Shown: positions 14,051 through 40,009, counted from the stretch's first letter. The stretch: 64,000 nucleotides of DNA from the human T2T-CHM13v2.0 reference genome, Homo sapiens (GCF_009914755.1 NC_060928.1), one strand, 5' to 3'. Notes: generated by a model from the letters alone, not told the origin. Translations and numbers: made by a program.

Positions 14051-15023
14051 ATACATATACATATGTGTATACACACACACAAACACACACACACAGCAGA
14101 TAGCATTAGAAAAGGAATTATTTGCAGAAATAAACAAACTTTAATTCCTGAAAGAAAGCCAAACTGAGATACACTTAAATGGGCAAGTTAAAGAGTCCTA
14201 TATTCCAGAGCTCTCCAAAATGTCCTGGAACATTTGTGTGCTGCCAGTAGGGCACAAGTGTGGCTGGACCTGAGTCAGGGCCCAGAAATGAAAAAAATCC
14301 TCTTGCTTCTAAGAATAATATGTGAGAAGTGCCTGTCAAGTAAAGAATACTTTTCAGAAAGATAAATGAACAAAGATTTTACCTTTCCACAAAAAGAAAA
14401 AAAATGAAAAGGGGAAGAAAATTACAGAGTCACCTTTCATAATAAACAGACCTGTCCTGTTTTTCCCTGTGTGACCTGTATTATTTTCTATTTATGTCAC
14501 AGCAAGTAAGTGTTTGGGAAGAACTGCTATAGATGGCTTATTTTAAGACTTTCATCCATACTTTCCTGCCTCTATTTTAAGATTTCTTTTAAAACCTTGT
14601 AGCAAAATGAAACATGCATAAATTACATAAATTATAATACAGATTGATGAAAGGTCACAGATTGAACACAGTCATCATAAGTAGGATGTTTTCATTACCT
14701 TTACTCTAGAAACTCTGCTTGTGAGCCTTTGAAGTCACTACCTTCACCCAAAGGTAACCTCTATCCTGACTTCTAATCAGATTAATTTTGACTATATTTA
14801 AACTTTATTTAATTAAATCATGGTGTTCTTTTTTTCTTTGTGAGATTTGTTTGCTTAACATTATGTTAGTGACATTCATCCATATTGTTATGTGAGACTG
14901 TAGTTTGTACACTCTTGTTAGTGTATAATATTAATATTTTATTATATGAATATGTCACCATTCATTCATTCTCCTGTTAAGGGATAATTGGGTTGTTTAT
15001 AGTTTTGGAGATGTTGCAAATAG

Positions 15024-15371
<348 letters not shown>

Positions 15372-15721
15372 TAGTAAATACAGGTATGCATTTTGGAGAT
15401 ATATATATATATCCTTTAACACATGAAGCTAAATAATGTTCAAAGTGGTAGTCCATTTACAACCCCCAAAACTGGATGAGAGTTCCAGTAACTCCACGTC
15501 TTTACCAATAAATACTTGGTCGCTGGTATTGCCAGTCTTTTAATCTTAGCCATTCTGGTGGCTGTTGAGGATTATTAATATATATGTTTTAAAATTAGTA
15601 TTGTTCTGAAAACTAAAAGTATGGCTAACACTCCACATCATACATCTTTTCTTCCCTCTCCAGAGGTAACCATAATCTGAAGTTAGTAACATTTCCAGGC
15701 ATCTTTTGGTACTTTTACAAG

Positions 15722-15724
<3 letters not shown>

Positions 15725-15774
<50 letters not shown>
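15725..15774. repeat. (TG)25 microsatellite
   Basis: Uninterrupted dinucleotide run. Confidence 0.98.
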
Positions 15775-15777
<3 letters not shown>

Positions 15778-17124
15778 TCGTAAATGATAATGTATACAAC
15801 TGATTTTTGCTTTACAGTTTTACATATGCGGCATTCCAATTTGATTTTTCACCAAATATCTCCCCCAAATTTAGGAATTAGTCCATATTGATGCTTATAA
15901 AGTCTATGAATTTTAATTGCTATATAGATAGCATGCAATTTGTTCCTTTTCCTAATAAAAGATAGGTTGCTTAAAAATTTTTGCTGTTGAACTGTGCTAT
16001 GGTATCATTGTATATTTGTACGCAAATTTCTTATGGTAGAAACCTAGAAGGACAATGGTTGAATCTTTAGTTTTGCACATATTTACGTTTACTTAACATT
16101 GCCATGTGGTTCTCCAAAACAGGTTTAACATTTATACTCCCAGTAGAATTGCTTAAAATTTGTTTATCCGCCTTTCACCAATACTTTGATCTGCCAGGCT
16201 TTTACATTTTGGACAATCTTATGGGTGTCATTTATTCTGTATATAAATCTTTTGTCAGTTACATGGGTGTCAAAATTCATTCCCCTCATTTTCATTTGCC
16301 TTTTTACTTTATGTCTTTAATCATCCTGAAGTTTTTAAATTTTATTGAATTCATTGTTCATTAAATTTTTTGTTTTTTTGTGTGTGTCTTAATAAATCAT
16401 TCTACTTTAATATCATAAAGGCATTCTCCTATGTTTTCTTAAAATAGTTTTATTTTTGCTTTGTATATTTAGGTCCTTCCACCTAGGACTTATTAAATAT
16501 GTGCTGTTAATAGGGATCTAATTTTATCTTCCTCCATATGGATCGCCAATAGTCTTTGCCTCATTTATTGAATAATACCTGTCTTCTTACTGATGCTAAT
16601 GCAACCCATACCATTTGCCAAATATCCAAATGTATGTGAGTCTGTATCTAGGCTTTCTATTCAGTTGCATTTGTCTATTTGCTGACACCTGAAACTATGC
16701 AATATTGTTTTAATTACTAGAGCTTTATAATAAATAAAAGTATCCTTCTGCTTGTATAACTAAAATGGTCTGGGCTTTTCAATCTTTAATTGTTCCTATG
16801 AATTTGAGAGAGCAATTAACCAAATTCCATTAAAAAAATCTATATGAGGATTTGATTTGAATTGCATTGAATTTATAGAATATTTCAGTTCCTTATAATT
16901 TTCATATCCCAAATTGCTTATTATAATTTTGTCGTTTTATATAATGTTTTAGATTTACCCTATATATTAAATAAATTGATTATTATTACTTTTTGTATTC
17001 CCTCCTGCCTTTTAAATTCCATTTTCATCTTGTGAAGACTGCCCTTTGAAATTCTTTCACTGAGTATCTGTGAATAGTAAAGGTTCTTTGTCTTTGTCAG
17101 AATATTTATTTTGCCATCACTCTT

Positions 17125-18100
17125 GGTAGTGAATACTGGCAGGCACTACCCAGATCCCTCTTCCTCAATGAAAGACTTATTTCCTGAGCTGCTGAGAGTG
17201 CAGCAAGCCAACACAATCCAGCTCTTGGCCATCTTCAGGAGTCCTTTAACCCAAGGTTGCACTCTTCTCCTTTGGCAGCGTTCATCCAGTGACTAAATGT
17301 CATAGGTGTATAAAGGTCCAGCCCAGTTCCCCTAACTCAAGACAACTCTGAAGGGATATCCCAGATTCAAAACGAGGCCTTCACTGAGACGTCACTGCAG
17401 GTCAACTCTTCCCTCTGCTCAATCCTGCTTCCATTTCTCCTGCAGATGTTGTTCCCCAAAGCATTCCCTAACATACTCATTATACTCTTCTCTGACTCAG
17501 AGTATGCTTCCTGGGGAAGCCAACCTAAAACAGTTGGTGTCAGGAGTGGTTCAAGTTAGGCTAAGATGGGATTTATGATTCGAATCACAGGCCATGTGAC
17601 TATCAATGAGGACCCCCTCGGTGGTAGGTGTAGGACACACAGACCTCGGCACAAGGTAACAGTGCAATAGTTACAACTTTCATCAGTAATGAAACTGGGG
17701 TGGTATTCTAACGTAACTGGGGTGGTATTCTAATTTATATACGAGTAGGTAAAATGTATCAGGCATTTGAGAACTATGAGGGAAATAGTAACCTTAATGA
17801 CAGTGGCATTGACTGTTATTGCTAAGTAAAATTGATTCTTTGAAAATAGCAAAAGGCTGAGATGGTTAATTGGCTATCAAAATCTAAGAGTAAATTCCAG
17901 AAGGCCTCTTTGGTCCAAATAAAGAGGCTTTTATCTCCTGCAGGGGGAGGGCAGGAAAAGCACAGGAATAGGCCTGGTACTGAATCCTAAGTGCGGCAGA
18001 GCTCCGAAAGAGATTAGGAAACCCAGCTTGGTCGGCTATGCAAAGGTGGAGGTGCTTGATCGGAAGGAGATTCTGATGCAGGGGGAGGATCATCAGGTTT
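17125..18100 (+). mobile_element. LTR16A-like 5' LTR (17125-17532), tRNA-Leu PBS and 5' internal region of an HERV16/ERV3-16A3-type provirus
   Basis: LTR has GGTGTATAAAGG and ends ...CAACCTAAAACA. It is followed by TGGTGTCAGGAGTGG (17535-17549), complementary to the 3' end of tRNA-Leu(CAG), then degenerate leader/gag-like sequence. Confidence 0.75.
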
Positions 18101-18504
18101 CAGTTAAAAGCAGGCAGATTACACATTAGAGGTAGAGAATGTGGGATGATTTGTTCACAAAGGAATGGAATCCAGAGGGCATAACAGAAATAAGAGACAG
18201 GGGAGGCTGGTACGGAAGTTCATCAGGCAACTGAAGGCACAGTTTGCGCAGCAACCAAGAAAAGGTGGGATGTGAGGCACGCAAGATGTAGAGGTGGGGA
18301 AAGGTTTCCAACAGAATTCAACATGAATTTGCTGTTTGAGTCAATTGATCCAGTACCAAGTCTGTGAGTTCATTTTCCTCTTCCTTTTAGATTTCTCCTT
18401 TTTCTAAAAAAGTAAAACTGAGGGGGCCTTCCCCTGCTTTCCCTCCTTCTGCTTCCCTATTTTCCCTCGCATTCCCTTCCTTTTCTGCAGATCCTCTGCT
18501 TAGG

Positions 18505-19000
18505 AATGGGGCATTGGCCCCCGCAGGAGTGGGCGGGGAAGGGGCGGAGCGAACAGAGGTGGGCGGCTCCCGTCCTATGACGTCAGCCGTAAGGCGCTGC
18601 TGTCGTAAAAGGACGTCCGGTCCGTCTCCTAGTGTCCGGAATCGGCTGTCAGCCTCCCTGGCTGTTAGTACCTTCTTTCCCGGAGTCCTGGTCCACGAGT
18701 TGGATTTACTGCTGTCGCGGGTGGGCCTCACGCCATTCCCTGTCCCTCGGCCCCCTGAGTGAGTCCGGTCTCCCGGCGAAAGTGAGCGAGGTTTGCCCGG
18801 AGCGCGCACGAGGTAGGGTGTCCCGCGGGCGGGTGACGGTTGCGGGTCCCCGTTGCGGGTCCCCGAGCCGCCTGGCACCTCCGCCGCTTCTCCCCTGGAC
18901 GCCCCTCCGCCCCACTGGGTCCTCCAGCTCCAGGCTGGACTCCTAAAGCCGCAGTGCCCCGTGCCTGTTTCCTCATTTGGTGACACACGCAGTGCATGCA
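18505..19000 (+). promoter_or_regulatory. ZNF330: ZNF330 CpG-island promoter
   Basis: CpG-dense; GC boxes GGGCGG at 18531, 18542 and 18561; palindromic CRE TGACGTCA at 18578-18585; inverted CCAAT (ATTGG) at 18513-18517; no TATA box. Confidence 0.85.
18600..18812 (+). other. ZNF330: ZNF330 exon 1 (non-coding 5'UTR); TSS approximate
   Basis: ATG-free GC-rich segment ending at donor GAG|GTAGGG (18813). Alternative donor-like sites at 18759 (GTGAGT) and 18782 (GTGAGC) make the 3' boundary uncertain. Confidence 0.65.
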
Positions 19001-20069
19001 AGAAGTTGGAGTGTTACCGGAAAAGGGCTTGAACCCGTATAAGGCTGAGAAGAAGATTCACTCTTTTGAGCGTGCAGAACAAACTGGAGGGAAAAAAAAA
19101 TGAGATTTAACTTTATCAGAGGATTCAGAGGATATCTCTGAGGACGCAGAAAGTTAATCCGCATGATCACCTCGTGATTATTTTCTGAGGTTCTTTGGCC
19201 AGGGCAGCACGCCCTCTAGATTTTGTCATTTTACATATTGGAATGGTGCCTTAGTGGTCTGGGCGTTACGTTACCGAAATAACCACCTATTAAATCTGGC
19301 TATTTTTCAGTTGCTACCGTACTGCTTACCACCTGTTTTGTTTTTTTTTTAATTGAGCATTCAGTTCAGAAAACTTCAGTTTAGAAAAATCTTGTATTTC
19401 AACTAAATGATGAAAATTAAACATACTCTTAAACGTAAATTTGAACCCCGTTAAAATTACATGCTCACTGCGTGTAGAGGGAAGAGCATTTGTTAAAGTC
19501 AGAGCAACTAATACCTTAAATATCTTCAGAATGTTTTGACTTTGTAGTTAATAAATAGTGTTATTTGTTGACTGTTAGATGTTTTGTTTACATATTACAT
19601 AGGAAAAATTAAACTTGTTATACTTAAGGTGTTGGCAGCGTCAGGTCATCTGAATATATAGCTCAAAAAAGTGATATAAACTGGCTAAATAATGCTCTTA
19701 TTAATGATTTTTTTGTTTTTGCTAATGATACATGATTCATTTGTTTTAATGAGGTGCAGAATACTTTATCATTGGAGAAACTTTTTTCTTAGTGGGAAAA
19801 GAAGACTAGTTTGTCTTTTAGGGTAAATTTTTTTGACGTTTACATTTTTAGAATCGTTAGTGCCAATAAATGCGTTAAGGATCACCCGCTTCATTTGGAA
19901 TAATATGTGCTTAACGTTTCATAAGGCTTAGAATGTGCTTAACTATCGAAAGGATAGAGTTTAACATTTAACAAGAAAAAGGACACTTTGTTATACTATT
20001 TCTTAGTTTATTAAAATAGTAAATGCAGTCAGTCAATTATATCTTTTCTGTTCTCTTGTGTCAAAATAG

Positions 20070-31693
<11,624 letters not shown>

Positions 31694-32377
31694 GGGAGCT
31701 GCTCTGGTGGCCGTGTGTGAGAGGAGCAGGAGTGAGTGTGTGTGCTTGATGAATTGTGTGTGGTTGTTCAAAAGTACCTTAGCCACTTAGCCTTGTGCAG
31801 AAGACTAGTTACACTTAATGGGCCAAGCAATAGGGTGTAGCGTTTTTATAGAACTGATAATCAGGCTTATGGCATAAGAAAAATGAGTTTCAAATTTAAG
31901 ATGTTTATTGATCGAAGCAATTGAAGTATCATGGATTGGATTGTTACTGATTTCAGTAAAGTATGTTTTGCCAATTAGATACATATATACAAGATAAAGG
32001 AATAGGATGGTAATATATTTGTTTGAAATTAAATTACTGTTTTTATTAAAAAATACTGCTTCATTGGGCTGATTTTGTAAAATGTAATGAGTAAAATGAA
32101 TTACTGTATTTTTCCTTTTATGTCCACAGAATGAGAGTCATATGTTGTTATATTCTAAATTTTCATTAAATATTCATGTCACCTTGAGTTGTCATGATAA
32201 GTATGTTTTAGTATTTGACTTATTCTTCTCTTTCTTCACAATGTATGTCCTCAGTGGTACCTATTATTGATGCCTTAAATGTATTGATAAGGTGACTAGT
32301 TAGCCATTTTTCAGAGATACAGTATCAGAAATAGTATTATTACAGAAGCTTTACCCAGGACATTTTATTTCTCTTTG

Positions 32378-32383
32378 AATAAA
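32378..32383 (+). terminator. ZNF330: ZNF330 poly(A) signal AATAAA (3'UTR ~31694-32400)
   Basis: First canonical AATAAA after the stop codon, followed by T/GT-rich downstream sequence. Confidence 0.75.
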
Positions 32384-32544
32384 TCTATTATTTCACTTAA
32401 ATACTTTTGACATTATATTTAATTTTTTGTTCTGTATTTTCAGTTTGTTTTGGAAAGCATTCTAATTTTTTTACAAACTGCTTCAGTTTTCACACATATG
32501 GAAATAGGTAATAGAGACTGTGTGGTATACACTTAAAGATAAGC

Positions 32545-35500
32545 AGCCCAGACCCCATCATTGATAGGTGGAGGACAGTCCTGTCACAAGTCCCAGTTGT
32601 TACAACTTAACACTGGCATTTAATAGGGATTGGGTAGTTGTACAAGGAGAGACAATATCTGATTGCCTCACATTTTAGATGTATGGAGAAAATTGTAGCT
32701 ATGAGGATAACAGGGTTGAATGGCCATTGTTAAGCCATTTTTGTTCTATAGAAGCATACTTAACAGCCAAGGACAATAACAGGCAATGGAAAGCCAGGTG
32801 TCAAAGTTAGAGGGCCTCTGGTGGCATGTGAAAAAGCTTTTCACCTTTTGCAGTAGGACGGCTTGAAAAAACTGAGGAGCAAGCCCGAGACTTAATAGTT
32901 TCAAAGGATAAAATTTAAAGACAGTTGCCAGCCAAGGCAAGTCTATTATGCCAGCATCGGCAAACTGCTTGGGAAAACCTGTGACCCTGACAAATTAGAT
33001 GGAGACATCTGAATCGATGGTGCTGGAGATTTTTACTCCCCAGACTCCTGCATTTCTGAGTTTGCAGTCATAGCCCACCCCTCCATGTTAAGGGCAAGCA
33101 CTCCCCACTTCATTCTCAGGCTGGATGACAATGCAGAGGCTTCTTTCCTCGGGAAACATGCTCTCTTCAAGACTTGCCCTATCTCTAGGCCATTATAGTT
33201 AGTATCTCCAGGCCTAAAATTAGGGTTAAGTGACGATAAAGTTAAGCAAAACTCAGTTGAGGTGCTGGAACTGAAGTGGGAGGAAACAAGACTATGCCCC
33301 AAAAGAACTGCAAGAATTACGAAGAGTTGGAGGAATATGCTTGAGATTGGAATCAGTGCTTAAGAGGGTCAAAACATAAAATTAGGGAGGAGTTTGATGG
33401 CAGCCCTGACACTGGATCTTTGGATTGCTAAGAGTTAAATTAGAGGGTTTTAATAACCTGGCTAGGATCCTGTGAGATGGTGCGAACTCATTACCAGGAT
33501 GGCTTCTTGAAATATGGAAAAAGTAATGGTCCTTTCTGAGCAAAGTCGAAACACTGGGATTACTGTGACATGGTGGAAGAATGGATTTAAATGGTTAAGG
33601 GAATTGGGTATGCTGGAATGGATTGGAAGATGAGATGATTATGTTCCATGGGAAGGCTCAGTGGACACACCATTTAACAGTGCCATAGAAATGTGCACTG
33701 ATGATGGGGTATAAGCATCTCTAAAAACGTGTGGTAGCTCATGGTAGGCCATACAGACAGTAGGAAAAGAAAACAGAGTTCAGCTTGCTGATGGCAATGT
33801 ATGACAAGATTCTGAAAAATAGTGGCTAAAGTGGCAGTGCCCAACTGCCAAAAGTCAGGGGGTTACAGTTAATGAGAAAGTGAGAGTGGTAGTCAAGGGG
33901 TCCTAACCTGCAAAGAGTTATGGAGAAGGCTAATGTAACACAGCACTTTAGGGACAAAACAAATGGGTAGCCAACAAGAATACTACTCAGTTTTTCCCAT
34001 TAGATAAAATTAAGGATGGATTACATGGAAGCTAATGGTAGTCACCCCAATAAAAATAAAGCATCCGTTGCTCAGTTTCTGGACCTGAGTCACTTTTCAG
34101 ACCTGGAGCCCAGACTGAAGAGGTGGCTGGGTCCCAGGAGGAAAGACAGGACACCATGGCATTTGTACAAGGTAATGATTCCTTTTGGTGTTAACTCAAA
34201 GGGACCCACAGCCATTTGCTCTGGTAATTCTAAGCTTAGGAAAGGGGAAATATAAGGGATTTCAAGGATTGTTGAACATAGAATCTGAATTGACATTGAT
34301 ATCCAGATACTCAGTGTCCCTGTTGTTTCTTTGTAGGGGGTGAGGGAGGAGTTGGGTTATACCAGGAGTCCTGGGCAAGTTTAAGCTTACAGTGGTTTCA
34401 CAGCATGTGTGGAGGGCCAAGTGAAGCCTCTGACACTGCCTACCCTTGTATCTTCTCACTTCAGGCAGATAGTAATACACAATAGTATCACTTGGCAGGA
34501 CGCAGTACCACCTTAGGGATCTAAAAGATGCAGAGATGATCGTCTCATCACATCTGTTAATTCACCATTTTGGCCCCTGCAGAAACTTTATGGATCCTAG
34601 AAGATGGCTACAGACAAGCTCAATGAAGTAATATCCTTGATTGCAACTTCTATGCTAGATGTGATATCTTTGTTAGAGCAGATACACGTGACCCAAGTGT
34701 ATGGAATATCATCTTGGTTCATGCAAATGTATTCTCTTTCAATAAGAGAAGGGAATCAGAAACAATTTGCATTTACACAGAATGGGCAACAATATATAAT
34801 TACAGTTTTGTAAACTATGCCACTTTATCCTAAAGAACATAGATCTGTTACAATGACTATGTTGAGGCTGGATGAACAAGTGGCTAGAACATTGAGAACT
34901 TGGTAGGAGACGTGTTCCAGAGGGAGGAGATAAATTTTACGAACTTTCAGTGGATAAACCTTATAAATTTTTTGCCATACTCATAAATTTTTCAGGGTTC
35001 CAATGGTGAGGGACAGTTTGGTGCATCAGCTCTAAAGTATAAAGCAAATGACTACATGCATTCTCTTACTCTGAGGAAGGAAGCACAATGCCTGGTGAGC
35101 CATCCTGAGTTCCGGAGGCAGCATATGTCACACCTGAGGATAGTGTCCTGGCCAGTGTAACAGTTGATGCAAAAGGCTGCCTGTTTTAAGTGGAGCCCCC
35201 AGCAGGAAAGAGTTCTGCAGCTGGTCTAGGTTGCAGTGGAAGTAGCCCTGCTTTCTGGGCCATAGAGCAGATGCTATTATATTGGAGATATTAGTGATGA
35301 GATAAGTTGTGTTGTAGCAAGCCGCAGTAGGAGAGTCACAATGCTCATCTCTGGGTTATGGAGGAAGCTTACGCCATCTGCATTTAGAGATTCATATACT
35401 CCCAGAGGCAGACAGAATGGTTTCCAACTTACCAAGGCCTATCTAGTTACCACCACTGCCAAATGTCACCTGTCAGCAGCAGGGGCAACTGCTGCACCCT

Positions 35501-37010
35501 TGATGGGGTATCATCACTTTGGGAGACAAATCAGAGCGGCCACCCCAGAAAGGCTAGTGGTTCATTATCAGTGGAATAGATCCACATTCTTGAAATGGGC
35601 TTACCTTTCCTTCCTGCAGGGCCTCATCCAGCATTGGTACCTGGGGGCTTATGGAATGTTTGATTCACTGGCATGAAATCCCACATAATACGTGTCAGGC
35701 CATGGAATCATCTTAAAAGTAAAGAAGGTTGCAGTAATAGGCCTGTGACCATGGGATTCACTGTATCCTATAGTGCACCACCCAGAAACTTCCTCCCTGA
35801 TGATGTGGTGCAGTGGTGTGCTGAAAACACACTGAAGCAGCAGTTCAGAGGCAATACTCTATAAATTTCATACCATCCTTCAAGTTACAGATATGCATTG
35901 ACTCACAGGTATTTCTATTCCAATGTGTTTCCAATAGATAAAATGCATGTGTGGTAGGTTGAATAGTGTCACCCCAAAAGTCATGTTCTTCTGGAATGTC
36001 AGAATGTGACCTTATTTGGAAGTATGGTCTCTGCAGATGTAATTAGCTAAGATGTAGTCACGCTGGGTTAGGGTAGGCTCATATCCAAAGATGATGAGAG
36101 GACACACAAGACACACAAGGAAAAAAGCCATAAGAAGATGGAGTCAGAGATTGGCATGATTCATCTACAAGCCAAGGAATGCTAAGCATTGCCCGCAACC
36201 ACCAGAAGTGAGAAGAGAAGCATAGAACAGATTATCCCTCAGACCCTCTAATAGTGATAAACCCTGCCAACACCTTGATATTGAACGTCTGGCCTCCTGA
36301 ATGGTGAGAGAATACATTTTCTGTTGTTTTAAGTCATCCAGTTTGTGATAATTTGTTATAGCAACCCTAGGAAGCTAATATGCCATGGGAATTAGGGGTG
36401 GAAGCAGGAGTTGCCGTCACTTCCAGTGATTCACTGGGGAACATTATGCTTCCCATCTCTACACTCCTGGGTTCTGAATGACTAGAATTCTATGTCCTCA
36501 GAGGGGATACCTTTCTTCAGGGGACCCAATAAGTGCCACCATTGGATTATAAACTATGTTTGCCACCTTGGTATTTGTGACTTTTTATGTCTAGGGACTA
36601 AAAGCCAAGAAGAGAAATCACTGTCTTGGCAGAGATATATACCTTTCTTCATCAGAAGGAGGTAGGGCTGCTCTTACATGATGGGGATAGGGAGGATTAT
36701 AAGTGGAATCTAGGCAACTCACTTGAGTTTTTTAGGTGCTCCTTTGCCCACTTGTGGTGGTAAATGAACATATATGGACATAGCCAACAGCCCCAGGCTA
36801 TGGAGGGCATAATGACTAGATGCTTCCGGATGAGGGTTTGGGTCACGCCACCAGATAATTACCAAGACTAGCAGAGGTAGTAGTTGTCAGGTAAGTTTAG
36901 GACCTGCCCCAGCTTCAGAGAGCTGCCTTGGCTGAAATCAAATCCTTCCCAGAGCAGAGCATGCATCTGGTGACCAAGTGACTGGTCTGGCTAATTTAGC
37001 TCAACACGGC
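32545..37010 (+). mobile_element. Degenerate HERV16/ERV3-16A3-type (ERVL class) internal gag-pol with a partial LTR16A 3' LTR (~36895-37010)
   Basis: ORF 34604-34813 is ERVL RT-like (KLNEVISLIA..DVISLLEQI; QKQFAFTQNGQQYIITVL). ORF 35341 has an integrase Zn-finger-like LTKAYLVTTTAKC. The 3' piece CAGCTTCAGAGAGCTGCCTTGG resembles LTR16A. No intact ORFs. Confidence 0.78.
35950..36382 (+). mobile_element. MLT1C-like solo LTR inserted in the ERVL internal region
   Basis: TGTGGTAGGTTGAATAG...GAATGTGACCTTATTTGGAA...CTACAAGCCAAGGAATGC...CCCTAGGAAGCTAATA. Confidence 0.85.
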
Positions 37011-37426
37011 CCATCATGACAAATAGCTATGAAGTTACTATCCCTATACAGAATCTAATAGCTGACACTTAAGAATATGGGGGTATATACGCTTCTTCCT
37101 GTGCATTTTGGTCATGGTTTGGCAAACTCCTTGTTGGAATATTGTAATGATGTATGTAAGGTTGACCTTTATAAGTCACCTACAAGCTTCTGCTCATGCA
37201 AAATATATTAGTCCATTTTTGAAAGTGAATAGACCATATAGCATGCTCACCTGTGCTTTAGAGAATGACTGGTTACTTATTTGCCTAATGGGAATAATTC
37301 AAAGAATGAAGCTTAATATATTAAGCCTTAATAGTATTTTGTGGAACCAGACATAGCACAATGCTAAATCAGGCATATGGAAGCATTTTAAATAAGAAAT
37401 ACAATGTAGATGGAGGCAAGAGCTTT

Positions 37427-37725
37427 TTTTTTTTTTCTTTTTTGAGATGGAGTCCCAGTCTGTTGCCCAAGCTGGAGTGTAGTGGCCTGAACTTGGCTCA
37501 CTGAAACCTCCGCCTCCGGGGGTCAAGTGATTCTCCTGCCTTAGCCTCCCAAGCAGCTGGGATTACAGGCATGCACCACCACGCCTGGCTAACTTTTATA
37601 TTTTTAGTAGAGACGGGGTTTCACCATTTTGGCCAGGCTGGTCCAGGACTCCTGACCTGAGGTGATTTGCCCACTTTGACCTCCCAAAGTGCTGTGATTA
37701 CAGGCATGAGCCACCATGCCTGGCC
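37427..37725 (-). mobile_element. AluS
   Basis: Poly(T) followed by a full Alu reverse complement. Confidence 0.93.
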
Positions 37726-38084
37726 TGGGAATTTTTGATAAAGAGCTTTGGTGGGAAAGCAAAATAATATGCTAACTGCAATTTGCTAATTTGTATAACT
37801 CAGTTTAGCCACTAAACAGCAGCACTTTTACATTAAATTCAGGTAAAAATTCAGTTAGCACTTGCTACATACCTGTCATCAAAATACTAGAATACTAGGA
37901 TAGATGAAAGATTTAAAGGTAAATACAGTATTATGTAAGCCATTAAAGCTTAAATTTTATTTGAGAAAATAAGATGCAATACAAGGTTAATAGTAGCTAA
38001 CATTTGCTATGTGTTCTCTGTACTGCCCAAGCTGCTTTACCTGCATAGGCACTTTGAATTCTCACAACAGAGGTACGGTACAGT

Positions 38085-38660
38085 ATTTAGCTCCCTAAGC
38101 AAGCCAGGCCAGTCTCCTCACCCCACTCTGTCTAGAGCTGTTCTAGAAGCAAACTGCCTGTGCTCCTCCTGTGGTCATGGAACCAGAGCACTGTTGCTGC
38201 TGTTGCTGTCACTACAAACTAAAGGATCCGCTGCACCAGTGGAGACCACTGCCTCTTGTCACTTGTGGGTACAACCTGACCGCATCTCTGGTCACATGTC
38301 CTGGGGCTTTTTTATTGCCACTGAGGTATGACATACAGTTGGATTTGCTTTGGGTCCACTTTTGTGTAATGGAGAAGTGCAGGCATAGTAAAGCCTCATG
38401 GGAGTGACCTCTAACTAATGGGAAACAGAAATTAGTGGATAAACTTATTCCCTCTTCTCCCCTTTCACAGTAACTTCTAATGTTCTCTCTGAAGGCATCC
38501 TGTGAAATCACGAAATTGGCTTGTCCCAGACTCTGGCCATACAGGAACCTACCCTGTGAGGTTTCTCTCCCCTCTTCACCACTTTGTTTCTCTTTCACTT
38601 ACTCCTGCTTCTGTGGGACTGCACATTTAGTATTTTCTGAAGAAACGGGGCTAATGCAGG
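38085..38660. mobile_element. LTR16-family ERVL LTR (diverged)
   Basis: ACCTCTAACTAATGGGAAACAGAAATTAGTGGATAAA...CTCCTGCTTCTGTGGGACTGCAC resembles LTR16B/C consensus. Confidence 0.5.
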
Positions 38661-38777
38661 TGGAAGTTACTAATACCAGACTGAATGTGTGCTCAAGAAA
38701 AGTACAAAGAAAATGTAGAATGCAGAAAGGTAGAAATAAAAACTGGGGTCACTGTGGAAGGATTTGAGGATATTCTA

Positions 38778-39072
<295 letters not shown>

Positions 39073-40009
39073 CTACATGGGGAGGAACTTGCTATGTATG
39101 AACCACACTAAACAAAGGAAACATTTTTTCAAATAAACAAACCTAGAATGTGTTCTTTAAATCAATAAATAATCTTGAAGGTGATTTATATTTTTTGATG
39201 AAATTTATGTTATTCAATATTTTCTTTAGAAGCTATTTGACTTTTGTAGGCATACCGAAATTTTGGTTCAAAATGGATTTTACTTTGTTAGCTCAGCATC
39301 ACTGGCTCCAAACGATTCCTAGCTTTCCTACTTAAATGTAGGAATGTTTGAAAAATCAGGATTTATTACATTTTGAAGATACATGTGTGTAATTCTAAAA
39401 GAATACTTTTCAAAAGTACTCGCAGAACCTTTAGAATAAATTAATCATTTTCCCAACTGATTTCAAAGGAGCAGTATATATTTTCAATATAAAATTACTG
39501 ATATGTTTGCATGTATTTTACTGATTCATTTTTAATTTTGGGATCAAATACAGCTTCAAGTTCTGAGTTTATCATTTCTTAAATATTGAGATCTTTTCCT
39601 AAGTTTCCTCATCTATAAGGAGAGGGTAATATCTCAGAAGGCTATTTTGATGATTAAATTAGATAAGTGCGTCTGAATTCTTTAGCACTATTTTAGGCAT
39701 AATACATCATAGCTCATAGTTAAATGTCTGATAGGGCAGAAACTTAGAACTTAACCAATAAGTCAGCAAAAATCATGCTATGCTATGGGTGTCCGTGTGT
39801 GAGGGTAATGATCTTAGCCTAAGATGGTACTGTTATTTTAATACATGTGGAAATTTGGCCAGTGTGTTTGTGGTGGTGGTTTTACAAGAGAGGAATGGTT
39901 TGAATTTATCTCTCTGTATATATGCTTTGGCTGCCAGACAGCTCAATTATTATAGCTTCCTGTAGTCTATGCTGTCTACTGAAATTATTATCCCTGGCCT
40001 TCACTCTTT

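Noticed and set aside
17693-17733. Short tandem duplications (22-bp period here; 13 bp at 18839-18864; 13 bp near 6913-6942; 16 bp near 3667-3698)
   Set aside because: Ordinary slippage-type micro-duplications with no evident function.
18508-18563. Possible promoter G-quadruplex
   Set aside because: Only three closely spaced G-tracts; the fourth needs a 16-19-nt loop. The GC boxes explain the pattern adequately.
18387-19001. 204-aa antisense ORF across the promoter
   Set aside because: Low-complexity G/P/R/A-rich translation typical of CpG islands, with no recognisable domain.
32250-32262. CTCAGTGGTACCT in the 3'UTR, identical to the L1PA TSD in intron 5
   Set aside because: An isolated 13-mer with no flanking homology; treated as coincidence.
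34016-35864. ERVL pol-like ORFs as a possible domesticated retroviral gene
   Set aside because: Only short fragments (60-111 aa) broken by stops and frameshifts, with no intact RT catalytic motif visible.
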